From: Basidiobolus meristosporus CBS 931.73
Taxonomy: Eukaryota; Fungi; Basidiobolomycota
Length of the DNA: 64,000 nt
Direction of reading: 5' to 3'
Assembly: GCA_002104905.1 (NCBI GenBank)
Contig: MCFE01000089.1
Coordinates: forward strand, 1-64,000
The translations under genes were made by a program, and so were the position numbers. Below, piece by piece: positions 11,621-23,222 of this stretch (within the stretch, counting starts at the first letter, position 1; every line of letters begins with the position of its first letter). Below the pieces are notes generated by a model. The model saw only the letters and a list, made by a program, of their open reading frames with translations. It was not told where the DNA came from and ran no database searches.

Positions 11621-13108
11621 GCATAAGCATATGTGATTTAGTTTACTCAACATATTAACCAATGAGAAATGTACCGACTTTTCTAAATCCTCCAAATCAC
11701 TACCTGGCTCACGTTTCCGCTTGGTGCGGATTATTGTTGGATGATCCAGGAAAGATTACAGAATGTAGAAGTATAGGATGATTTCTATCATTGTGTACAA
11801 GTTTGGCATATACTTGTCCCAACTTAAAAACATGGCAAGTGCTAAACTTGTATTCTGTAATATCCCTTATGAGCGTGTTATATGAGTGGAGCCAGAGAGA
11901 AATGTCGTAATTACCATAACGACAATTTTACAATGGCGTATTGAGTTGGAAAAATCTCGACTTTAGGAGACAGTATAGGTGCCGAAGACCTAGGAAAGTC
12001 CGAGTCAAAGATTACAAATACTCCAGACATTCCAGAGCATTGCAAAAAGGCTTGCGACTCAAAAGCACAGATATACACTTCTAGCCAAATCCTAACCCGT
12101 AGCAAAAAAATTCCCAATACCTGTTGTTGAATTGACTTCGGTTTTTCCAGCTGGCTGATACTAGTAGACAGAATAACGACATCTATCCAAATTGGTTATG
12201 CCACCTCAACACGCATTTCATTACTTCCAATTGCTGTCAACAAAGATAGTATGGTATTCCATAGCTCCGCTGTGGGATTTAGTTCGTATCACGAGCTTGA
12301 GTGGGAGCAGCGCTACTAGCAAAAGCAGCATTACTGCTGACAAATGTAGGTTTTGTTTGGTAGGTGCGGTCTTGTTATCATGAGGAAACGGTCATCGTAT
12401 ATGTTCTCACGGTTGTCATTTTTTGGAATTCTCAGTTTGGTATTGATATTTGCGGCCAATAACGAAACAGTCTAGTCACCCATCTTAGGCTACCGGAAAG
12501 GCTTTATTGGAAACTATTCTTAGACCAGAAATTTCCATTTGAGTTATGCGTATGCAGCATGATTATATTTGTTTGTAAGCAATGGTATATTTTAACCGAA
12601 TTACATTCCTCCACCTTCACTGATAGTCATGCTATTACTCTAGAGAAGCAGTTAGTTGGCATCGTTTTAGGTGTTGCAATTTGCCGAACCCTAAATAGAC
12701 CTTCATGAAGTTCCCAAAACGGATCACCCGTGTAACCTGATGTTCGTCAATAATATCTCCGATCCTTTTTAGGTCATGATTTGAAACTTCTCTGAATGGA
12801 TACAACCATCAACAATCAAAGATACATTTTCGTCAAAGCTATATACGGATGTGAACAACGAAACCTCCTGGTCACTTTCCTTGGCCGAATGTTCACACAC
12901 TTTGAGACATCCCTCTTTATTAGGTCAACCGGATATTGTTCGTGGGCTGAGCACATATTTCCGATCGCTTAATAATTTGGAAACGGGTAGTTTATTAAAT
13001 TCGGTATTAAGCTTGAAATATGGTGAAGAAAATGCTTAACTGTGTACATGAGATGGTGAGATGTTGTGCTTGAATGAAATACAATACTCAGATGCTATGA
13101 AAGTGTGT

Positions 13109-14188
13109 CTATTGGCTGTATTGCTGATAGAACTTTTCAAGGTCAAGCACATCCTCTTTGGATCCCAAGAAGATAGGGCTTCGGTCATGAAGGGAGTCAG
13201 GGACGTATTCGAGCATTCTCTGCTTTCCGGTAGTAGCGCGGCCACCGGCTTGTTCGATAATCATCGCCATGGGGAAGCATTCGTAGAGAACACGAAGCTT
13301 ACCCTTGTGGGATTTTTTGTCGGCAGGATATGCGAAGATACCACCGTAGAGTAGAGTACGGTGGACGTCAGCAACCATGGAGCCAACATATCTGGAGGAA
13401 TAGGGCTTCTTGCCTTCCTCCTTAGGGAACTTCACGGATTCGAAGTACTTTGTGCAAGCCTCATCCCAGTACATGGCATTACCCTCATTAACGGAGTAGA
13501 TTTTACCACGGGGGGAGATCTGAATGTTAGGATGAGTGAGGACGAATTCACCCAATCCGCTGTCCAGAGTAAAACCGTCGACACCATTTCCGGTGGTAAG
13601 GATCATGTTGCAGGATGAACCATACATACAGTAGCCAGCAGCAACCATCTCGGTACCAGGAAGAAGGACATCGCTGATTTCACCGTCACTGTTCTCAGCC
13701 TTCTTGTAGATACCGAAGATAGTACCAATAGTCACACCACAGTCAATGTTGCTGCTTCCATCCAAAGGATCGAAGACAACACAGTAGTTTCCGCGCAAGT
13801 TCTTGTCTTGGACGAAGATGGCCTCCTCATTTTCTTCGGACACCATGACCGAGACCTTGCCGGAGGCATTGAGGGCATTGATGAAAATCTCGTTGGCAAG
13901 GATATCTAGCTTCTTCACTTCCTCACCCTGAACGTTGGTACTTCCGGCCAAGCCAACCCTTGAAACCGAAACCTCGTTAGTACATGGTGCGCTGGCTGCA
14001 TACATCATAGCAACTTACAATTCAAGGAGACGGGCCTTGCGGACCTGGGTGGCCACGTATTTGGAACCCAGCTGGATGGCAGACATCAGCAGGGTGAAGT
14101 CACCAGTAGCCTCTGGAGCCACTGCGGCCTGCTCGCTGATAAGATAACGAGTGAGGGTCACGATGTTGGTTTTGGTGTGATCAGACAT
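13109..14188 (-). CDS. FBP1: Fructose-1,6-bisphosphatase class I (339 aa, 2 exons)
   Basis: Exons 14188-14019 and 13958-13109 (intron GTAAGT...ACTAAC...AAG). Motifs GEEVKKLDILAN, VSEENEE, FDPLDGSSNID, RYVGSMVADVHRTLLYGG, KLRVLYEC. Confidence 0.97.
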
Positions 14189-14499
14189 GATCAAATTAGG
14201 GAAAGAGATATGATGCTGGAACGGAACAATAATGTGCAGAACGCGGAAAGTCGCCCTTTAATAGTCTCATTGATTTGCCAGTGGCCATTCACGGCTAGCC
14301 ATTTTGTGGGGACTGTAAATGATGGGGGGTTTCAAAGCGATGCAAACCTCGCGGGATTTGAAACCCGTTGCTATATCCGTGCTGCATGTTTTAGTCGGTT
14401 GCGATTATACTCGGAAATGCTGTACGTCATCAAGGAGATTCCTTATGAACGATGCGCCCAGTTTGGCTGATTTTAGCTCTGGATGCGAAATCACCGAGT

Positions 14500-15790
14500 C
14501 AACCTCGGTGATCAGTACTTCGGGCTACCAGGGACCAGAGTGGTTGGACTAGAGCGGGGGATCTCGACGGAGGAGGGGCTCGGAGCAATACGTAAGCCTG
14601 GTGAGAGCCTGTACTCATTAAGCTTTCCGATGATCAAAACACTCCAGAGCAACTGGGATTGCGGGCTATATCACTTGGAGCCATCTCATTTTCTCAGTGT
14701 TTGCATCTAAAATTAGTTGAGCAACGGAAGTTGGGGATGGTTGGTCCTAGATGGTGTGACAAATAAGTATGGCGGCAATCCAGTATTTAGAGTCGATTCA
14801 TCTCCCATACCAGTCTCAAGACAATTCATTGACCGAAAGTTGTATTCGTGGATTCATTCTCTTCGAAATCTGTACCAGGTGCCACCGAAGCAGAGATGAA
14901 AAATCCATTGCTCGCTGGCATCAGTTCGTTTGCGCTTGGCTCTCATCCCATCTAAAATAGAAAGATACGGCTTGATTCTCGAGCGGACTTTATCGTAACT
15001 CTCCAGTGATGCGCACAATAAACCACTGCTAGTGTGAGGAGTAGGGCGTGATTGACAGAGGCATGTCGGCCTTTTCCTAGGGGCCCGCTTGGATATGGTT
15101 GATACAACTATAGGTCTGTGTGTTTCCTCCAAGTCTCAGTATGCAACGGCATCAAAGAGGGCATTTGAGGTATGGCTACGAGAGTGGCAAGACAATTAGG
15201 GATTTGGTGGACTCCGGCCGACTGACGCAGTGGCTCCATAACAAGAAGGGGATTGTTAATTGAGATGATACAGCCATTTGCCATTCGATGCTTGGTGCCA
15301 TCAATCACATAGCTGAGTAACTTTTGAGTTCTACAAATATTACGAAATGGTTAGATAGATTACTAGTACAAGCAAGAGTCCGGGGTCAGGTCCCATTTGG
15401 CGGGCTAAACCGTAACACTACCCAGAGCCTCAACTCATAATCGCTCAAGTTTTGGGAATTCTCCGTTTTGATTGGTGCCTCCTCACCATCAAGATTGAGC
15501 CACCAATTCGAGGTAAACAATCTTTGAGGCTTGGGTCCTTGGTAAATTGTTATCGCAATTCCTTAATCAGGAGACGTCTATCCTGCCAAACGGACTCCGT
15601 GGCCTTCTACGTGTTGATGTTGGATTCCGTTTGTCCAGAGGACCTGTGGTTGGGCGCCCACCCAGGTTTTTCGGTCAATGAGGAATTGGGGTCCAGATCT
15701 ACATCTCCCAGGCTGCCAAGTGTTCGGTATGAGTCACCTGGAGCAACGGTCAGCAATTCCGTGCGAGTCGTGGGCTCTCCGAAATCCACA
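14500..15790 (-). mobile_element. Highly decayed DIRS-like retroelement fragment (RT/RNase H region)
   Basis: GC-rich relic with broken motifs reminiscent of DIRS RT/RNase H (TYSCINHIQAG; LFVTPSRTNHPQL, cf. DLFAS..N.QL). Many stops; motif similarity judged by eye only. Confidence 0.3.
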
Positions 15791-16216
15791 TCGCAGGCAG
15801 GTATTTTTGTACTAATTACCTAGGCATCTGGCCTGATACGATGCTCACGTAAATTGATATCGTTCATATAAGTATCAAACATGATTTGGGACAGCGGGAT
15901 TTCCTATTTGACCATGTCTATGGCTGAAATCTGTATTTAATTATGCTCGACAGATAGATGATATCAAGTCAGCACGTGACAAATGAGCGGACGTTCGCAT
16001 TTGAGCAATCAAATAGATAAACTTTTAATAGCGTCCAATAGTTAGAAGGAATAGCTCATGTAGTATGATATCGGTTCTCCAACCCTAGGGTAGCTCCGAG
16101 GAGTGTTGGGTAGAAGCAAAGAATCACCTCAAAGAGCGTTTAAAGAATTGGCACTTTCCTATGTTGTAGAGTAAGATGTGCGGATGCGGAGGATACCAAG
16201 AAGCAGGCGGATTTAC

Positions 16217-16792
16217 TCAGAGGATGACACACATGCATGTCTGCTTCTCGAGGTCTTTTAAAGCAGTGAGTTCGTCTTGGCTTTCCTTCGAGGCCCTTAT
16301 CATCCTCACAAGTTCGTGAAAAGCCTCCTCCACGTTCAGACCCGTCTTGGCACTTGTTTCGAGAAAGCGGCACTTCATGTTTAGCGCCGCTTCATAGCCC
16401 TCTTCCCTAGAGACTTGCCGTTCGCTAGTTTTGTCACTCTTGTTCCCAATAAGAATTAAGGGAATGCGTTCCATATCCTCGCGGACTCTTTTGATCTGCG
16501 AGAAATACTCGATGCCGCATTCGAGGGTGCTTTTCGATGTGATACTATAAACAAGAAGGTAGGCTTCTCCTCCACGAATCCATTGGTCTCGTAGAATGGT
16601 GTATTCCTCTTGTCCAGCCGTGTCAAGTATCTCCAGCATGCAAGGAGTGTTATCAATGACGGTTTGCTTTTGATAGGAGTTTTCGATGGTGGGGTCGTAT
16701 GTTTCAAGAAAATGGTTGGATACCATTTGCAATGTCAGGGTTGTTTTCCCTACACCGCCATCGCCTAGAACCACCACTTTGTATGTTTGCAT
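16217..16792 (-). CDS. ras2: Ras-family small GTPase, fungal Ras2/RasB type (191 aa, intronless)
   Basis: GDGGVGKT, YDPTIENSY, DTAGQEEY..LRDQWIR, NKSD, ETSAK, CAAX box CVIL. Confidence 0.93.
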   Translation of the reverse strand: MQTYKVVVLGDGGVGKTTLTLQMVSNHFLETYDPTIENSYQKQTVIDNTPCMLEILDTAGQEEYTILRDQWIRGGEAYLLVYSITSKSTLECGIEYFSQIKRVREDMERIPLILIGNKSDKTSERQVSREEGYEAALNMKCRFLETSAKTGLNVEEAFHELVRMIRASKESQDELTALKDLEKQTCMCVIL

Positions 16793-17378
16793 AAAAATGG
16801 AGCGAAGGGGGAAATATACAGGTAGATAACGTGTGAGGGGATGGAGAAAGCTTCTAGGTGGCGCTAAGCAGTGGGATGGCCTAATCTAAGGAATATGTAG
16901 CGACAAGAACCGGAAGGGCAACCTATATACTCAAACTCCGTTACTGGGTGTGGACAAGGGTTAAAAGAGGAGGCCAGGTGGAATAGGAGAATTAATGTTT
17001 GCGTTGGGATATAAATTGACGCTCAGGTTAGATATAGGCAGTACAAATGGGAATGTTTGAGTAAGGATTATGGATCTTATAGCAATGGCAAGTAGCAAAC
17101 TGTACGATAGTGTAAGGGAAATTTCCTTTACTTAAATGAGTGACCCAATGTAACCGCTTGTTTACACTGAGATTTTGTGCGCTGAGCAGAGTATTGGACC
17201 CTTAGCTATAAAAGGTAAGTGGGTAAGGTGGTTGACAAGCATCAGCGTCCTTGGTGGCACTGGAATCCAATGTACCAGAGTGAGAACTTGCATTTGACAT
17301 CTGTTCATTCTTGGAATCCATCTGATGGCTTCTAGAAAGAACCTTGTGATCCCAATGGAGGAAAAAGCACGTTAGTGT

Positions 17379-18038
17379 TCATGAATCTGCAACCCAGCTT
17401 ACAATAGATTCCCCACTCAATGCGACGCCTGGCCCAATCATAGCGACGGCTTGAGAATTTAATGAGACTTGACTGAGACAGGACTCTCGGACCATTCTTA
17501 CTGTAGACCCAAGCTCTGTAAGTATGAATATCCACACAGTGAGCGGACGGCTATTTGCTGGAAAACCGACCGCCGCATCGATAACGCTGAGTAGAGCGAC
17601 GTTTGCTGTGCAACGATGCGATACGGGGATGCATGGGATGGGCGATATGCAAGGAGGGTTCGTTGGTTGCTGCAACGAATGGGTCACTTGAGTATGTCTT
17701 GGGCCGGCACCGAAAGAGGTACGCTGCACCTTGAGTCGGTTGCTCCGGCCTCTGGTGCTCCTTTGTACAAGCTCCATAATCCCCTCCAGCTCCTCCACGC
17801 AGCACTCCCCAACGACCACCCATGCCCACATCCGTTTCATTGCAGCCTCCAAAGCGCAACATGGGCATTCGGCATGATACCTGAATGGGGTTGGATCATC
17901 TCTGGGCAGTGATTGGGGGCCGTTCAGCTTCAGCGCATTTCGTAGCAAACTGGTTTTTCCTGCCTGCAAATCCTGTGCTTGTTTCACCTGCGAGATGTGC
18001 CCATCCAAGTCCAATGAATCATATCTATACTTCTTCAG
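17379..18038 (-). other. Unassigned GC-rich open frame (~219 codons stop-to-stop), head-to-head with the cyclase gene
   Basis: Long open frame containing AGKTSLLRNAL and ECPCC. His-rich ATG segment MHHHHCHHHHQPH upstream (18230-18192) followed by a GTATGC donor. I could not build a unique gene model. Confidence 0.3.
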
Positions 18039-18346
18039 CTACTGCGTCCATGAAATTTCCGGATTCTGGTGAATTCGGCGACGTCTGTGGGGAAACCCCG
18101 GTATAAATATGTTCACTGGCGTTCACCGGAGGCTTGTGCCCCGGGCTTCAGACACTTGGCCATTCATCGTACGTTTATCGGGTTGCATACTGTGTGGTTG
18201 ATGATGGTGGTGACAGTGGTGGTGATGCATGTTGACTGTATTCAAAATCAAAATCAAAATCACATGCCCCGGTTGATCATGGAGCCCACCAACTTGAGGG
18301 GGACGGGGGTCATAGGGTTTCCAACTGGCAGCACTCAAACTTAGAG

Positions 18347-19486
18347 ATGTCTGGGCACCCAGCAAGTTTAAAACGAATCGATGGTTCGTACGGGGAAGGT
18401 GGGGGCCAGATAGTGCGGATTGCCATTGCTTTGGCAAGTTTGTTGAACATCCCCATCGAAATATACAACATTCGTGCCAGTCGTTCGCAACCCGGCTTAC
18501 GTCCCCAACATCTGACTGGCTTGAGGTTAGCAAAAGAAATCTGCGATGCTCAACTTGAAGGTGATGTTGTGGGCTCCACACGAATATCCTTTATCCCCGG
18601 GTGTGGGTTTTCCAGTGAACAGCTCAAAACCTCCTACGTTGGAAATACACATACTGCTGGCTCTTGTGCCCTGTTATTCCAGATTGCCCTACCGGTTCTG
18701 TTATTCCACCCCAGGCCAGCTGTAAATCTGCTACTCAAAGGCGGGACAAATGCCACCCAAGCTCCTCCAATAGATTACATGAAGCATTGCTTATTGCCAA
18801 TCCTCTCGAGGTACTTCTCCATTGACGTAAAGCTGAACCACATCAAGCGCGGCTATTACCCGAAAGGAGGGGGTAGTGTAGATCTAACGATAACACCAGT
18901 TAAACAACATTTACCTGCAATAGACATGTTGAATCCTGGTCAGCTGGAGTATATCAAGGGATACGTGTATCTCGCAGGACCTTTGTCGCCCAATCATCTG
19001 GAAAAGATGCGTACTGGGGTTGAAACTCTTCTCTATAAGGAGCTGCCCTCGATCGTTCCTACGTTTGCGCTAGCAAATGTTGAGCTTGAATGTGTAAAGG
19101 AGAAAGAGGAGAACTGCCACGGTAGTGGCTCGGGGGTGTTCCTGTGGGGGGAAACCAGTAACCATAGCTATTTCTCTGGCACGGAGATTGGCTCCCCAAA
19201 GCAAGACTCTGTTCGGACCGGCGAGAATGCCGCCAAAGCGCTATTACAAGAATTGAGAGAATATGGTGCTGTTGATCAATGGGCTCAAGATCAACTTATC
19301 ATCTTCATAGCATTGGCCAAAGGACGCTCCAACCTGCGGACCGGTCCCATCACCCTTCATACCAAATCTGCCATTTGGGTAGCCAGCCAATTAACCTCTG
19401 CGGAGTTTGAGATCTCCAGCATAGATGAAGTTCACAATATTATATCTTGCCAAGGTATCGGGTACGAACGCAGTAATGCATCATAG
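18347..19486 (+). CDS. RTCA: RNA 3'-terminal phosphate cyclase, class I (RtcA type; 379 aa, intronless)
   Basis: IDGSYGEGGGQIVR, IRASRSQPGLRPQH, GGTNATQAPPIDY, RGYYPKGGG, VDQWAQDQLIIFIALA and catalytic-His motif GPITLHTKSAI. Confidence 0.93.
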   Translation: MSGHPASLKRIDGSYGEGGGQIVRIAIALASLLNIPIEIYNIRASRSQPGLRPQHLTGLRLAKEICDAQLEGDVVGSTRISFIPGCGFSSEQLKTSYVGNTHTAGSCALLFQIALPVLLFHPRPAVNLLLKGGTNATQAPPIDYMKHCLLPILSRYFSIDVKLNHIKRGYYPKGGGSVDLTITPVKQHLPAIDMLNPGQLEYIKGYVYLAGPLSPNHLEKMRTGVETLLYKELPSIVPTFALANVELECVKEKEENCHGSGSGVFLWGETSNHSYFSGTEIGSPKQDSVRTGENAAKALLQELREYGAVDQWAQDQLIIFIALAKGRSNLRTGPITLHTKSAIWVASQLTSAEFEISSIDEVHNIISCQGIGYERSNAS

Positions 19487-20063
19487 CCTTACTCGCGAAT
19501 AAAAACGGATCAGTGAGCAGTGCCGTACCATTGTACACCACTCGGAATAGACTTGGCATTAGTAATTTGTATGTGATATCAGGATGTATAGAAGCGCAAA
19601 TACGCATAGATGGCTTTCCGACCTGAGCATAACAGCCTTTCTACGACCCACCCACCATCGTAGCCCTGTAAACTAAATACGGCCTACCGGACTCACCTGT
19701 AACACTGAAATGTCAAGGAACTACCCTAAGATGACTCGATGTGATATGCTGATGGTGCTCAGACTTGTTTATGGAATGTCAAATGGCTAGTTTATTAGTT
19801 TCGGTTTCAAGAGATATGTAGCACTCCATTCCAGCATCACTTCAAATATATTATTACAGCTCTGACAATAGATGGGCATTCTTGTATGATGCATGGAATG
19901 GAAAGGGCTTTCGCATGACACAAGCAATGCTCTGTCAAGAGAAATTAGTCGATTACACGGTATAGCACTGGATACAAATGTGATGATTAAGGTAGAGATA
20001 TAGGCGGGTTGGTAGTCCAGAGGGAATAAAGATATGGCGTTTGCTTGGGAACGGCCTTTGACA

Positions 20064-21149
20064 TTATTTGATCTTTTCCAGGCGCTTGGCAGATGTCTTT
20101 AGCTTGGATTGGGTCCGATCTAAATCTTGGTCAAGCTCACCTAGCAGTTGGTTATGGGCGTCTAGTTCTTGGCCAACGGCAACACCAATATGCAATTGTC
20201 GTTTGAGTATGGCGCTGAATTGTTGTAAGCTGCTATCTTGTTCGTGCATTATTTGCTGCTGTAGATTGAGAAGACCCTTGTTATCCAACCCTGTAGTCTT
20301 CTCGGTTTCTTTGGGTAGCGCCCGTGTATTGCCGAATACTCGCGATGATGTGGGCGCGCCCTCGGTTTGCTTGGCAGCAGCTCTGGGGTGAAGCAAGTTG
20401 TCGCGTTCGCTAATAAAGGCAGCTGGAGCAGTAGTTGGGCTTTCGCGCACCCCCGATGCTATAAGCTTGGACAGCATAGAGACCTCGTCAAATAGTTTGT
20501 TTAGTTTATCTCTTCTACGGGAACGTTCTCCTTCAGAGATAACTGCAGTTTCGGAAGTGGTACCTGCTAGGTAGGCCAATCCATTTTCTAAAGTACTCAG
20601 CCGCTGGTTTAATAGAGCGATTCCCTTTTTGGCTTGTAAGGTGCAGTTATGGGCAGCAGCAATTTCCTGTTGCGAATAGTGAACATCCCGACGCAACAGA
20701 AAAGCCCGGTTTTCTCGTATCAAGGTTTGTATGGCGTTGGCCTCATCGAGCCAGCTTTCTGAAGTGAAGCTTTTGGCGAGGTCGGTAGTCTTGATTTTGG
20801 GGATTTCCAAAAAAGCACCCCACTCGCTTGTGTCTCTCCAACGAGAATCGGGAGCGTTGAGGATCCCCTTCAGATATTTTTCCAGGCCTTCCCGTCTTTC
20901 TTCGATGAATTCGATGCCTTTACAGCTGGCAAACAGAGAATATGATTTTGGGGGAAGTGGATATGGCGGTTGGTATTTGGGGACTGCCCGGAGTAGGGCG
21001 CTGTGTAGCTGAAAAAACTCGCTATATCTCCGATATACCGACCAGCTACGAACACTTGCCTGGACACTGATTTTATATGCGACATGTGCAGTGGGTGTTT
21101 TTCTTTCTTCTATATCGGTGATGCGAATAGTCTTGATGTTGTCTACCAT
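20064..21149 (-). CDS. VAM7: PX-domain Qc-SNARE Vam7 (361 aa)
   Basis: N-terminal PX domain (VYRRYSEF..LH, PYPLPPK, EERREGLEKYL); C-terminal SNARE motif QQQIMHEQDSSL...GQELDAHNQLLGELDQD; no TM segment. Confidence 0.92.
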   Translation of the reverse strand: MVDNIKTIRITDIEERKTPTAHVAYKISVQASVRSWSVYRRYSEFFQLHSALLRAVPKYQPPYPLPPKSYSLFASCKGIEFIEERREGLEKYLKGILNAPDSRWRDTSEWGAFLEIPKIKTTDLAKSFTSESWLDEANAIQTLIRENRAFLLRRDVHYSQQEIAAAHNCTLQAKKGIALLNQRLSTLENGLAYLAGTTSETAVISEGERSRRRDKLNKLFDEVSMLSKLIASGVRESPTTAPAAFISERDNLLHPRAAAKQTEGAPTSSRVFGNTRALPKETEKTTGLDNKGLLNLQQQIMHEQDSSLQQFSAILKRQLHIGVAVGQELDAHNQLLGELDQDLDRTQSKLKTSAKRLEKIK

Positions 21150-22498
21150 GGTGGATTAGAGCTGTCCAGAGGTTAGAGGGGACTGCGGTTTGTGGGAATC
21201 AATGTTGAGAGCTTAATATACAAGACGCAAATAACGGGGAAATAAAAATATTTAGATGATCATTCTTTTCCCAGATGCTTTCTGCACCAACCGATTAATT
21301 ACTCAATACAATTAGTATAATGGATTACAAGCCTATATGATGTACACTGCTTCTTAATACAAATCTGTATTTTATGACACATGATTCGAGTGATCCATTG
21401 GCCAACAGGAAGCTACTTTATGAGCCGCCTGCTTAGGCAGGAAATACCGGCATGAAGCGTGACCCTCATTATATGTATGTTCCTCAAGCATCATGGTTAT
21501 GCATATCGAACACCATCCAATGACTGTTACAACACCACTTCGGCTTGCTCGGTTGCCTATGTAATTGATCACTATAGTCCAGATGGACGGCCCACATAAC
21601 TATGTTGCCTGACTACACATTTAAGGGCCCGAGGCCCGGATATTGCATTTAAAAATGGCCCAATAGACGCTGTGCCAAGGTCAATTTCCTGACCTCGCTT
21701 ATTGCCAGGCTCTAGGTTAGCCTCGTGTTCATTACTGTTGATCATTTGTTCGATGAATATGCGGTTCTTGGCTATAACAAGCATTCCACTCAAGCGTAGC
21801 ATCGCTTCGTTCCAAGAATGCCCCAGCTTCTCTGTACACCATACGGAGAATTCACCCTGATCCAAAGATACTCAGAAGCGGATCGGAAGTGAGCATGGTT
21901 GGGGACATAATGCGGTTATCGCCCTGTGACAGGTTTACATCACTACAAGCAATCCAAACAAGATATCTGCTACGGGGAGATGGCCAGGATCGAGAGCGTT
22001 GAGAGATTGTTGGCGATGGTGCGGATATGATTGTTTAACTGGGCTTGACATGCAGCAGGTTCAATAGTCTCCATGCATTCCATCAAGCAGATCGAGCAGG
22101 GCCAGCCAAATGACCATGCATGTACTACTGCCGGATGCAAATGCATAATCAAACTGCCTGCTTTGGCGCCGGTTGTTCTCACAAAATATATATCACGATG
22201 AAAATCGAACGGGTCACTCGACAGTACCGGGCGCCACAGATCGCTGAGGTTAAACTGACAGTGTGCGGAAGAGTGGCAAAACAATCACTCGAGACGAGAG
22301 CGACGAACATGTGTGCGCGTTCGACATCAGAATGTGTGTCGTGATCGCATATGCGAGAGATAAGTTTGGATTGTTTTTATTCCCGTGCGGAAACAACCAA
22401 GATGAAGGTGCTCTGCAGGATTTCTTGTGGGGTTGGGTAGATGGACAACGAAAGATATACCGATGACTATCTGAGTAGTGAATCTCACAGAAATGGGT

Positions 22499-22943
22499 TT
22501 AGAAGACGAGAGCAGCACCCTTGGTCTTCTTGTCACCACCGAGCTCGAAGTGCTTGCAACGCTTCAAAGAGAGTTGCATCTTGTACTTGCAAGCGGTGCA
22601 CTCAAGACGGAGGACAACCTTCTTTGTAGTCTTGGCCTTCTTGTGGAAAACGGGCTTGGTTTGACCACCATAACCGGACTGCTTACGGTCGTAACGACGT
22701 TTACCTTGAGCGAAGAGGGAAGCTTTGCCAGTCTTGTATTGAGTAACCTTGTGGGGGGTGTGCTTTCTGCAGGCCTTACCCTTGCAGTAGGTGTTTCTGG
22801 TTTTGGGAATGTTGACCTTTACGGGGAGAAGACGTTAGTATGTGTTGAACGTACGTTTGGGAGCATCAAGCTAATGCAGAGGGTTGAATGGGGATGGATG
22901 AAGGTTCCGCGGTGATGGATGAATGAGGTGATGCACTTACCAT
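22499..22943 (-). CDS. RPL42: 60S ribosomal protein eL42 (L42/L44; 106 aa, 2 exons)
   Basis: Exon 1 is the ATG only (22943-22941); intron 22940-22817 (GTAAGT...TACTAAC...AAG); exon 2 22816-22499. [12 protein letters not shown]...[29 protein letters not shown]...CKHFELGG. Confidence 0.98.
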
Positions 22944-23222
22944 TCTTACAAGTAGTTGACTAGGCGAGAAACGAGAAGGAGGAAACTTCAATATCTATCG
23001 GAACATCTTTAAAGGATCCTCATTCTCTCATCCAATGGGATCCTAGAGGGATCAACTCTAACCGCGTAAAATTCTGATTAGTTTCAATGGTGATTTCGTG
23101 GTATACATCGTTCCGTGGCCCACTCGACAAAAAAAATACAGTGTGGTTGATCAGGCTCGTTGAGTAATCCTGTGAATTAGCGTGGTGGACTTGTACAACT
23201 GAACATTCTACTGTCTACATAA

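Noticed and set aside
13061-14147. Several plus-strand ORFs over FBP1; similar short ORFs over ZIP, VAM7 and PEX13
   Set aside because: Shadow or alternate-frame ORFs of well-supported genes.
17379-18038. CobW/ZNG1 zinc-chaperone GTPase assignment
   Set aside because: GKT-to-CxCC spacing is far too short and the NEFG, ETTG and NKxD motifs are absent; kept only as an unassigned ORF.
19980-20060. Box C/D snoRNA candidate (GTGATGA); another at ~33509
   Set aside because: No box D (CTGA) or terminal stem at a suitable distance.
1939-21149. Functional cluster of membrane-fusion genes (SNAP-like plus VAM7)
   Set aside because: 17 kb apart with unrelated genes between; no evidence of co-regulation.
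21372-22330. Cys/His-containing short ORFs (PCSICLMEC) suggesting a RING gene
   Set aside because: Ligand spacing does not complete a RING, and no coherent exon chain.
22478-22915. 145-aa plus-strand ORF
   Set aside because: Antisense to the highly conserved RPL42 exon and intron.
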